64,000 nt of DNA, from assembly GCA_026023565.1 (NCBI GenBank), contig JAPETS010000049.1, positions 62,001 through 126,000 on the forward strand. The letters are read 5' to 3'. The stretch's first letter is position 1, and each line of letters opens with the position of its first letter. The notes under the pieces were generated by a model. That model was not told the origin of the DNA. It ran no database searches and saw nothing but the letters and a program-made list of their open reading frames with translations. Shown piece by piece: positions 13,956 to 25,620 of this stretch. The stretch is from Cirrosporium novae-zelandiae (taxonomy: Eukaryota). Both the position numbers and the translations under genes were made by a program.

Positions 13956-14299
13956 CTCGCATTAAATATTCTATTAAATTTTTGATTGAAAATTTTATTA
14001 AAGCTCTCCAATTCTTGTTTGCTTGTACTGAGATTCATACAGAAAGAAAATCACTTCCCGACCTCAGTCTCGTGGTATCTACAGTAAATATAATACCCCA
14101 GAGGTTATTTGCAATGCTACCTGGAGTCTCTTCAATCTTGTAGCCCGTATTTCCAATCTCTTCCAAGAAACAGGGCACGGTCAAATGGTACATCATTTTC
14201 TCTAAGGAGGTGAGATATCACTTGGTATCAGATCAATAGTCTCTGCCTATTTGTGGCTAGGAGGACACTTAGGCAAAAACCCTCCCGCTTCATCGCGGG

Positions 14300-15300
14300 C
14301 CTCAGAGAGTTCTTGGAATATTCCACACAGATATTTCCTATGCCGGACTGCGAGAGAGTAATATTAGATTTTACCCTTGTCTGAGATATGCTCGAATTCT
14401 TTTCTAGTGCAGGGTCTTTTCCTCCTTCAGAATCTGAAAGTGAGCTTGTTCATATAGGCGAGTATGCGGCAAATAAACCTAAAGAGGGATGTTTGTTAAG
14501 CTGTCTAGTAACATAGGATTCGCTCATGGCCGAATCTATGATAAGAAGTATAGGATTCTTTGAAAATTGAGTGGTTAAATTTAGGTTGAACCAAAATTCT
14601 ATTGCTAGTTTGATCCAATGAGTGCGTTCCAACATCGAGACCCATACTTGAAGGAGTGGGTAGACTAACAGTGGCAATTCCATAACCCAGATAGTGCATC
14701 ATGCAAATCCTGGGCAATATTTCTTATACTTAAGCATTTCAATATCAAGATCTTAGACGGAGAGCTTCTGTAGGGATGGAGCAATCTCGGCAGACCAAAA
14801 AACTCGAGAGCTTGACGAACGAATCGTTAAAGCCCTCGAGGGCTTCTAGGTGAGTCGTTGGCGACTTCAAGGATTTCTGCTTGTTACTGGGCTTAGTTTT
14901 GTGCTGCAGCTTGACAATTTTCCGATCTGTTGGCTTTGAGAGAAATCATTGCAAGTCCTGCTGGAGCTTCTGCAGGACGGAACAGATCAGAGGCATTGTT
15001 TAAATATCCATCACGAAATGCTCCTAACGCTGCACTCAAACTGCGACCCGGATAACTGTGATCTCTGATTATCTCTTCCATCTAAAAATGAGTTGTGATA
15101 TCTAACAAAAGCCGTCGTCCTTTAAATAGCCTTTTTTGCCTACTCAATCTCGGATAAAACTTTCTGTTGATAACATCTAATACATATTACACAGCTTTGA
15201 AATCTGATAATATCCTAGAATGGTGGCAATTAGAAAGTTTATCAGGCATCCGGGTCAATGTCCTTGGGTTCTTGAGTGATAGGTATAAGGTTCTAACAGT
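14300..15300 (-). pseudogene. stop-riddled relic of a fungal gene containing an IR..A..LH.AL...W.C.C...H motif (DUF7580-like, recalled from memory)
   Basis: Minus strand 14730-14641 translates SIRNIAQDLHDALSGLWNCHC*STHSFKYG, and ORF fragment 14893..15081 lies upstream. The TAG is consistent with CAG>TAG. Boundaries approximate. Confidence 0.4.
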
Positions 15301-15971
15301 TTCTACAGTATGACCGTGACACATGGTAATTAAAATATATATACCCACGGGGAGCTAGCAGGAATTTAGCTGCCATCGGGATTCTGGATTTGCGAAGTAT
15401 TTGAATGCTTTGGTCAAAGATGATCAGACATCGCCAATGTACTGTACATGTACAGTCGCAGATATTAACACCAACGACACCCTTTATATATTGTCACTGT
15501 TACCTAGAGAGCTTGACAAAGGTACTTATACCAAGTATGAGAACTCCCGTGCAGGCAATGCTTCGATGAATAGGGGCTATCAGATAGGGTTCCAGAACAG
15601 GAAAAAGACTTGCAAGCTACGAAATACTCAGTGGCTTTGGAGGTGAGATTCTAGAAAGAATTGGCCTGCTGAAAAGAAAAAGGATTATGTTCCTCCTTCG
15701 TACTACCTGGGACCCTGCCACGACTACCCCACTATGTCCTCTACGTTAAGAGTCTTTCAATATCAGTAGACCTCCAAAGGTATCCCATAACTATAACCTT
15801 CCCGACTACCTTCTAGATGAAATAAGTCCATTTGACCACCAGTTCCTCACTAAAAGACGTTCGGTCCTTAGCAGTCGAGTTCATAGAAGAGTATATATCA
15901 TTGATTGCAATCTATCTGATTATTGTCGTCTTATGTTTTTGAAATCGAGGGACTTCCACGGCGGCCTGAAG

Positions 15972-17763
15972 ATGGGCTCCACGAAAAAACGTCAAGGTAT
16001 CCATAGTATCTCCCCTCGCTTTTATAGATATAACTCCTTAGGTGGCTCACTAATTTGCAGGGAAAATAAACCCCAACACGTCCCTGAAGGGCCACAAACA
16101 CAAAGCCAACGCCATCAACCCACAATCTAACAGTCAGGTAGCATCTTCGGACACTCACCCGGAACGATCCGTATCAAGAACATCGTCACCGGCTTATCAA
16201 CACATAATAATACTTTCGAATAATTGTTCGAAGCTGTTCACTGAGGTTCTAGATATATTAAAAAGTGAGCAAAACAGTTCCAGCCACAGTCTTACCTATG
16301 ATATCGTGAACAGCTCAGCGAAAGCCTTTAATCGATTGAAGAACAACCTCGAGTCTAGAAGTATGACTCTAGACGAGGAATTTGCAGATATCGTATTCCT
16401 GAGGGACTTGGTTATTGTGAATATAGTAGCTCTTGCAAATGTCCTTTTGAAAGGTAAAGCATTTCCCCTTATGAGTTGCATTTGGCTGACTCCCTCTGAA
16501 GTGTTAACCCGTTACTGGAAGGAGCCAGAGCTAGATCAAGAAATCCTTAATAATACGTTCAATCACATCAACCAATCTAGAGAGTCAGTTGATTTATTGA
16601 TACCAAATATCCCAAAAGAGACCGCCGGTACGGACCCCTTTGATCTCGACTCTGCAATCAACGAAGTCAACTTAAGGACAAACAGTCTAGTCGAGCTTTC
16701 AGTTGTAATCGGCCGTGCATTCAAAGGTCGCAGAAATCCCAACCAGGCACCCATACAGATCTTCAATCTGACTGGTGATGATCCAATCATTATCTGTAAG
16801 CTAGTCATTAAATGGATATTCCCCAAGGCAACAGATACCTTTACCCAAGAGATGGCCAAGTCGTCTTGGTGTAAAATCAAAGAATTGCACTTCCGAGGCA
16901 ACGCTCCTCAAGAAGACCTAGAACACTATATCTGTTGTTTCCGGAATTGCGAGCGGCGCCCCGTCGGTTTCGATACGTTCGAAAATTGGAAATATCATGT
17001 TCAGCAACACTGCAACTCAGTGCGAGAGGAGGAATGCCCAGCCTGCCTCAAACATTCCTTCGAGGATATGAACTCCTTTACCACTCATGTTGGCAAGCAT
17101 TTCGTGTCTATTTTTCAACTTATAATGAAACTGGCATTAAGACCACTCCCTCGGGACACGGTGGATGATAATCATACTTGTGCAGTAATGATATGGAACA
17201 GAATTGCACCTGGACACAAATGTATTCGTGCTAAGCTGGACACCGGTTCAGACATCAACATGATTAGCCTTGATCTTGTGAAAGCATGTGACCTCGAAGT
17301 AAAACGCCTATCTCAATGCAAGAGCCAAATAGTGACGTGGCTAAACGAATCAAAAATAACATTGAGGTATATTGTTCGCCTACATTGGAATAGCACGACA
17401 TGGCGCAAAACCTATTCCACTATCAAATTCTACGTAGTGAAAAAACTCCCATACGATATGATTTTAGGAGGCGATTTCGTAAAGGCAAGATATCCTCAAA
17501 AGCGAGTCCTAGTCGTCCATGGTGATAGAAGGAAGAGCAAGGGTGAGTTACCCGTGTCTTGATGGCCAAAAAAATAAAATTCCCTCTAACATCAATATCT
17601 AGAGGAAAAGGAGAGAGAGAAAAAAAGACACGATGAGCAAAAGGCTGCCGGGGAAGAACGTAGGAAGGAGAGAGAGGAAAGAATAAAGGCAAATCGGGCT
17701 GGGGATAGCAGCAACAGCAACAGCAACGACAGCCATAGCAATGACAGGCAGCAATCGACATGA
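15972..17763 (+). CDS. helical N-domain / tandem C2H2-like Zn fingers / retropepsin-like aspartyl protease / charged tail protein, paralog B (intact, 4 exons)
   Basis: ATG at 15972; introns 15997-16060, 16454-16501 and 17543-17602; stop TGA 17761-17763. Motifs YICCFRNC...W..H...H, CPAC...H..KH, AKLDTGSDINMIS, PYDMILGGDF; tail EEKEREKKRHDEQKAAGEERRKERE. Confidence 0.8.
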
Positions 17764-18051
17764 TGTTTTAGGCCCTCTTTCCTTAATACCACATCTGCCT
17801 CTTCTTTCTTAACTCGTTCGGTTCCATTGTTCAACATGAATGACTTTGATAGTGTTTGGAATGTCCTTCTCTTGATTTGTATGGAAATCACCTTACTTGT
17901 TACTTGAGAGCATGCTCTCACTATTGTTGTAATGCCTTAACGGCCTAGCTTATCCAGTGATCTCGCTTCTAATATACCTAGGTAGTTAGCTTCTGCTCCC
18001 ACAATTTGATCTTCAGCTCCTACAGTTCTGTGCTCTAATAACTATATACTA

Positions 18052-18055
<4 letters not shown>

Positions 18056-18087
<32 letters not shown>

Positions 18088-18455
18088 AAGCATAACATAA
18101 ATTTTATCCCTTGCGTGCCCTGTTTTTTGTTTTTCTCGATTCGCTTGGGGCTGCTGCACGGCCTCACATACACCGGATAGATAAGATAACGGATAGAAAA
18201 AAAAAAGCATAACGCAACCGACGTAGAAGTGGGCCAATTCACGAAAAATCTACTTCTTAACATCATTCCTTCCTTTTCCTTGACCAACTATTTCCTACAA
18301 TAAATTAGAATATTTCTATTTCTATTTGCTTATTAAAACTACTGTCGTATACTATTTTATTAATATTTTTTTCGATTGTGATGCGTGTGTTAGTTAAAAC
18401 GGGTGTAAAAATTCTTGACTTGTGTGATTGAGAGAGATATATGTTACTGATTAGG
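18056..18455. repeat. degenerate dispersed repeat, copy 2, abutting a (TAG)n/(TAC)n microsatellite
   Basis: (gta)n tract at about 18057-18088 followed by blocks colinear with 13697-13955. Confidence 0.55.
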
Positions 18456-18976
18456 ATTGTGACCGAGCTCTTGACTGGGGGTTTGTGTACACTGAGGTCC
18501 TTGGTTGAGTTTCTTAGGATTTTAGTCGGGACTTCAGTTGTAAGCTCGATATAAACCTCAGTCAATGCCCTCAGTTATATCCATATAATCTATATACATC
18601 TCCATTCTATATTCCCCAAAAATCCAAACTCCAAACTCCATACTACATTTTTTTTTTTTTTTTTTTTTTATAAAAACACTTTCTTCTTACCCCTTACCCC
18701 TTACCCCCCCTTCCCATTAAAAGCCAATTTCCAACCTTCCCTTCCCTTGTCTTGTTTTATACTTGGGCAATCACAATCACAGCAATCTGAACAAACAATC
18801 TGGAACCTGGAATCTGGAACCTGGAACTCTAACTACCCAACCAAGCATTTAGAGGTTGAGATGTGGAGTGGAGGGGAGTAGGTATTTTATTTATAGGATC
18901 GGGGAAGGGTGGATAGGATGGTATAGGAATTTTAGAATAACTTGGGTTATTGGGTCTTTAATGTAAGGAATGAATG

Positions 18977-19007
<31 letters not shown>

Positions 19008-20048
19008 GAACCAATCTCTCTTTCTCCAAGGAATTCCCCCAAGTAAACTCCCAGTATAACTTGAACCCTCCTATCCTCCTATACCAACCTAACCTACCCA
19101 GCTGTACTAACTAACCCCTAAATTCAGATATAGAAATAGATATAGATATAGATATAGGCATACTCTAGATATGTCTCTAGTACAGTACCTGTGTGAGCGA
19201 TTATCCTTAATCCTTATCCTTATCCCTATCCCTATTCTCACTTTTATTCTTATTCTTATCCTTATTCTTATGCATGGTACGTTGGGTTTGTATTGTAAAT
19301 CTGGTCTTGTTTGGTCTGGTTTCTTATCATCCTTATCATCATTCTTCTTATTATTATTATTATTAATTCCTAGATATATATGCATATAGCTATGATATTA
19401 CAGATTTCGAACCAACCCTTCTCCCCCATCCCCCTTTTCCCATATCCAAAATAACAAGGTTCAGTTCTCCAAGTTTCAGTTTGCCCTTGCCCTTTGTTCT
19501 GCCTTATCCCTTGCCACTTATCACTGCCACTGCCACTGCCACTACTGCTACGTGCGTTCGCGTTTATTATGTACAGTACAGTACAGTACTTTGGAGATTT
19601 GGAGATTTGGATTATAGAATAAGGGATTAGGGGATAAGGGCTAAGAGAGGGTTGGTTGTGTGATTAGGGGAATGGGGTCTATGTATCTGTATATGCGTAT
19701 TGGAATAGAAATTGCAATGGGGCAAATTTATCAAGGCGACTAACGGTGTTCCCGAATTTGGGATTTTTTTATTTACTTGAAGTTTCTTTTTTATTTGTCC
19801 CTATGAAATAGATATTATTTGGATGTGGAGGATAAAGAAAGGAAAGGGGTAAAGGGGGAGGAAGAGAGGTAGGGTAGGCATCGAATGAACCGGACTGGAG
19901 TGGGAGTAGTTGGTTCGTTTTAGGAAAAGGGGGAATGATATTTATTTTAGATATGGTTTTTTTATTGGGGAAGTAAGGTCTCTAGGTAACGAATGCGTAT
20001 AATCATAGTTGCACTTTAAGAAAAAAGAAAACGAAGCCAGTAAAAAAT

Positions 20049-21525
20049 TTACCACTTCATCCTCTTTGCCTCTACCGTCACATTGCTCTCGATGCACGCC
20101 ACTCCGATATCTCCCGTAACGCCATTACATATGACCTCCGTATCATTGTATCCCGGCGCGGTGAGGTCCACATCCACAAATGAGATATTAGCGCACAATC
20201 CCGAAGGCGAGCAATTGATATAAGCGACGATATCTCCATTCTTGCCCGACGAGGTTCCCGTGATGTTTTGGAATAGGATGTTGGTGACGTTGACCTGGGA
20301 GGGGTAGGCGGCGCATTCTGTGGCGTTGATGTCAAAGTAGCATGAGTCGATTAGGATCGGGTTGTCCGTGTTGGATACGTAAATGTCTTTGTATGTGATG
20401 TTGTTTATGATGCCGTAGCCGACATCGGCGCCGGCCCAGGATTTGAGGCGTGCGCCGTTCTGGGGGAAGAGTTAGGATTGTGGATATGTCATTGATGGGG
20501 TGGGAGTTGGGATGGGGGGAAAGGAAACTTACCTGGCCGTTTAATAACGTGACGTTCTGGATGTAGGCATTCTCGATGATGTCGTACTGGCCCGAGTACT
20601 GACCGATACTGCCCATGCTCACGCCGTGTGTGCCATTGCACCAGACATTTTGAATGAAGATGTTTGTTGTGTTTGGCTTTGGCGAGATGCAGTCGTCACC
20701 GATATTGATATCTGAATTTGTGATGGACAAGCCATCGACACGAAGGGAATCAAAGCCGTCTGTGTTCTTGGGGTCGGCTGAAGCGTTCGTGGAGTAAGCG
20801 AGGACGTGGACGTTGTCAAAGGCAATGTTGTTGACTTGGTAGAGGAAAGTGTTCCAAACGGGAGAGTTTAGGAAATGTATGCCTTCGACTGTGACGTTGG
20901 TAGAATTGGCGACCGTGAAAAGTATGGGGCGGAGGTACGTGTTGTCCGAATCCTAAAAGCCATGTTTTAGATTATCTGTACCTGAAACGATATAAAAGCG
21001 GAGTAGCATACGAGGATCTCATTCCCTGCGAAACCATTGTACCATTCCTGGCCGTTGCCGTTCAGTGTTCCTTCACCGTAGATCTTGATATTATCACCAC
21101 TCCAAACCCAAAAGGTGATGCTATTTTGGAAGGAATAAGCAAAGTTATTGCTTTGCCAGTAATCGATATCATCGGTGAACTACATATTCAATTATTATTA
21201 ATTCCATGGCTCCTCTGACTAATTTTTGATATAGACGTACCTTTATCTCGCCTTCCAAGTTAACTTCAATGTCGTTCAGGCCGCTTAACTCCAACTTCTT
21301 CCCTATTATGTAGGTGTCGTTCTGTTTCAAGACCAATGTGCCACCGTTGTTTGCTACCTTGATACCGTTAAGAAACTCCGCAGAGACATCATCAGTATCA
21401 TTTTGGGAAGCTCGTATTGTCACCCGCTGACGCTGATTATTTGTTGAATAAAGGCTAGGGTAGGCAACAGCGGGTACGGAAGCGATCGCCGCAGCGAAGA
21501 AGATAGAGAGTGATGATACTTTCAT
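20049..21525 (-). CDS. secreted glycoside hydrolase family 28, exo-acting (exo-polygalacturonase / RgxB-like), multi-exon
   Basis: Signal peptide MKVSSLSIFFAAAIASVPAVA; GH28 motifs KNTDGFD, GDDC, GTHG and ARLKSWAG; three GT-AG introns; stop TAA 20049-20051. Confidence 0.9.
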
Positions 21526-22522
21526 TGTGACAATTGGTATCGAGAGAATTAGAGAATAAGAGCCTCGAAGATGATATAGACAACATAAATATCTGCATAT
21601 TGAAATGCGCCCCCCTTTTCCAATTTCTTGGTATGGAGAGATGTAGAAAACAACATGAGATGCTGGAGCAATAATCTTGTAACGTGGAGAGGGGTAAACG
21701 TAAAACAATAGTAATGAGATGAGATGAGCATTCCTTTATTTTTCCGTTTCAAAGAATTTCCTCCAGGGGGAGGCTCTGGTTGTGTTGTAGGCCAGGTCCA
21801 AATACAAAGATCAACAAATATTATTGAATTGCAAGACGAGAACCGGCCTAGCTACCTAGATAGCTAGCAAGACTCGGGAATAACGTGGGGGAGCGGCAAT
21901 TTGGCTATGCAAGCTGACGATCATGGGGGTAAATTGCTGACGACAGATATATTATATCAATGGAATGATTGGCGATTTTTTGTGGAACAATGATCCTACC
22001 TCTAGGGACCTTGTGGCCGGGCGTCATATACGGATTCTTGGCTTTATATACTTGATGAAACAATGCCATGTTGGAGTTTTGATTAAGGTCAAGGATATCA
22101 AATGAGTATTACTCATAGTAAAGACATTCTATTGAAAATACAACGGTGTGGGGTAAATAGATGAAAAGATGGAGAAGCCAGATTCTGCCAAGACCAGTCC
22201 TCCGGCTTGGCCAAAGGTCCTTGACTATCCTTCATTTCCACCAAACACATCCATTCCTGGTCGATTATAGCCTGAAGTTGGATTGTAATTTGTATAAGCC
22301 CTGATCCTATACACCCCTATCTTTCATCTATTTCTACTTTTTTTCCTTTTTTTTTTGCTCTTCATGAGATATCAGAAGAACCAGAGCTGTTTGTATTGTA
22401 CTGTACAACTATCATTTATGTTCTCATTAAATCCACGATACTCGACATATACATATACATATATAACCATATCCCCTTCCATCTTTCCATTGCAGATACC
22501 CAACACTCTAAACCCCAGTCTT

Positions 22523-22859
22523 TCATAGTGTGCTATCAATACCCGTTTCCACAAACTGCCCTATCTTTTTCGGTTGCATGGTTTTCGCATATTCGAAGGC
22601 GCTCGGTTCATTGAGTGGGCCTTTGCAACAGGGCTTATCGACCTAGTCATTAGCACTCTCATTCACTCCAACTGAATGTAGATGCTTCCTCCGATTATGA
22701 TGGAAAGGTGTTGTGACTTACACTCGTTTTGGGCGGCACAGGTACTTTATTATGTCCAACACATTTCTTTGGTGGTATGGGTGTCTTCTTGTTGTTTTCA
22801 AAACGGTTCCTTGGTTGCGGAGGGCGTTTTTTAACCAACTTTGAAGATGAGGAACCCAT
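22523..22859 (-). CDS. small 85-aa orphan protein with N-myristoylation-like start (MGSSSSK), 2 exons (22859-22722, 22642-22523)
   Basis: GTAAGT donor at 22721, GCTAAT branch point and TAG acceptor at 22643 give a phase-0 join: MGSSSSKLVKKRPPQP...PPKTS-VDKPCCKGP...GIDSTL*. Missed by the ORF track. Confidence 0.5.
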
Positions 22860-25620
22860 GCTTGTTGCTACCTTCTTTCAAAATATGCGCTTCTGGTTCG
22901 ATATTAATATAGAGGTCCGGCCTCAGGAAGCAGTGGCTTATGGTATCGATATTGGGTCTAAAAAAGGTTACCTGATCACAGGGGACGCAGAGAGGGAAGT
23001 CGGATCAACCGCAGGGGAGATAGCTTATCGTTGAGAAATAAATATCAATGCTCTGGGGTGGGGGAGAGGGAGAGTTTATATATGTGAGTATATTATCATT
23101 ATAGTGACTGATACATACCAACCACTAGCTAGCTACCGGAAATTGACTGATGCCACAAAACTGAAATCACAATTGAATGAGCCGACTAGGACAAATTGAC
23201 CCCAAGTGCATAAAACAACACTTTGCCCAAACCCAAACCCATATCCATATACCCATCCACATCCCCATTCCAATCCTAGAACCCCCATCACCTTTTCTAG
23301 ATGAAGGGAAACACCTCCCAAGCCCCCCCTTCCCCTCAAATTCCTCCCCTTTCCGAACCAAATTCTCCGCCAGCATCACCGCAGCTTCAAACTCCCATGA
23401 ACTGGGTTCCCCAAACGGCTCATCGCAACAGGTATAAGTGTTCTATCCATCTATCCATCATTAATACGTCTAGGAATTCTCTGCAGATGGGCGAATAGAT
23501 GGATAGATAAATAGGTGCCGGTTGAGGAAGGGGCTTAAAGAAACGAACGAAAAAAAACAGAAAGAAGATTAATTCCTTACATTTTTATTTTCCTCTGCCG
23601 AAGATACTACCTCCGTCACCATCGCAGTGACCTTCCTCTCTCCCTCCTTCCTTACAAAAAGCTTTCAGAGCCGAAAAAGACATACCTGATATCTTCTTTC
23701 TACAAAGGGTCCCAAGAGTTCCTCCCTCTAGCTGAGACAATTCCCGTGTTCTTCCATAGATGGAAATCCAAACGAAACGTACGGGGGAGAGGGGGGGGAA
23801 CTAAACCTAGGCTAGAACAAGTATAGTTCTCTTCGTATTCTTTGTTAGAAATGAATATGATATCATATCATATGAAAACTCGAGATTTATGGACTTTCTC
23901 CCTCGCTCGCTAGTTCGCTCGATCACAGAGGAGGAAAAGGAAAAGGTATGTAGGTAGGTAGGTAGGTTCAATAAATAGCAAAATAGAGAAGAGATAGAAA
24001 AAGTGGAAGGATTGTACAGAAAGTGAAGAAGGTTGATAGCTTGGGAAATATAGATGAATAGATAGATAGATAGATAGGCAAGTAAGTGGATTTAGGTACG
24101 TACCTATCTCACGACAAGGAGGTATTAATTAACTCATTCATTCGTCCATCTACACATTCCCTGACCATCAAATCATCGAATCTCCTTACTCCTTACTTCT
24201 TACTCCCTACCAAAACAGAGAGAGATACCACACCATCACACACACACACACAGTACACTACCAAACTAACAAACCAGTAACTAACTTGACTCGACTGAAT
24301 AATAGGTAATTAATCAACATCTTCCGTTTCTCTAATTACCTAAGTAGTTATATAATAAGCTAGAAAAAAAAGAAAAAAAGAAAAAAAATGGAGAAAGGGG
24401 GAGGGAAGAAGAGAAAAGGAATTTGGTTTGGTTTGAGCATTGCACATACAACTTGAATGGAGTGAGTGAGCAAGTGATGAATTCTCTTTAAACCAAGTTC
24501 TCCCTATTCTATTCTATTCCTTTCCCAATACACCTTTCTTTCCTTCCCTCCACCCACCTCCCCCAACACCACTCACCCCATATCCCCTATCCCACATCCC
24601 CCTCCCCTCTACTCCACCCCCCTAGGATCCTAATTCTAATTCTAATTCTAACCCCCCTCCTCCATTTTTTTTCTTTTTGGAAGAGGATTTATTTGTCTGT
24701 TTGTCGAAGTCTAAATATATATATATATATATATTCCGCTTTGTGTTTTTTATATGGGGTTTTACTGGAGAGGTGAAGAGGTGGAGAGGTGGAGAGGTGG
24801 AGAGGTGGAGAGAGAGAGAGAGAGGGGGGGGGAGTATTTGGATTCGATTGGATTTTTCGAAAGGAGGGGAAGTGGGGAGGGGGTGGTTTTCATGATAATA
24901 ATAATGATGATTCATTTTATTATTCGCATGTCGTCTTCATGTTATGGTGGACATAACGGAATATCTATATTATTTGGAAGGAGAGGATTGAAGTTAGTTT
25001 GTCATTGGGGGGGCCAATGGTTGATTAGTTAGCGATAATTAAAGACTTGGAGAAGATGAGTCTGGGGATCGTTGTATCTTTTTATATATCTATAGGGGTA
25101 ATGTTCTTGGCGAGGACACACATTGATTACTACACTCTTTTTTTCTTAAATAGCGATCCGCCGCCTTCATAGATTAAGGGCCATTTTAGACCACTGTCAT
25201 TGCTTATATAGTGTTGTTGAGGACACTGGTCAGTGAGCAAAAATAGGAAGTATACCGCAGCAAAATATCCAGTACAAACCAAAGGGAGAGGGAGGAGGAT
25301 TTTATATAATTTTTTTTAATTGTTGAGAATTTTTAGTTCATGAATGAAATCAAGGAGAATATATAATACAATTAGACTAAGAATAGACGAATAGCCAAAA
25401 CAGAGGTCAAGAAGTAAAAGTCTTAGGATAGATAATAACTTCAATACCTTTTCTATACCAGCTCGTTGACCTGTCGAGTTAAAAAAGCTTTTTCTTTGTT
25501 CTATTATCCTCTTTTTCTTCCTGGAGGATGGATGGATTTATCCCAGAAAAGAGTCCTAATTTCTTCATAGACGCCTGCCTGCCTTTGCTCCCGAAAGCAA
25601 AGCAAAAAAAAAAAAAATTA

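Noticed and set aside
11107..17562. LTR retrotransposon (because of the retropepsin DSG/DTG motifs)
   Set aside because: No gag CCHC knuckle, RT YxDD, RNase H, integrase or LTRs, and the genes have conserved spliceosomal introns.
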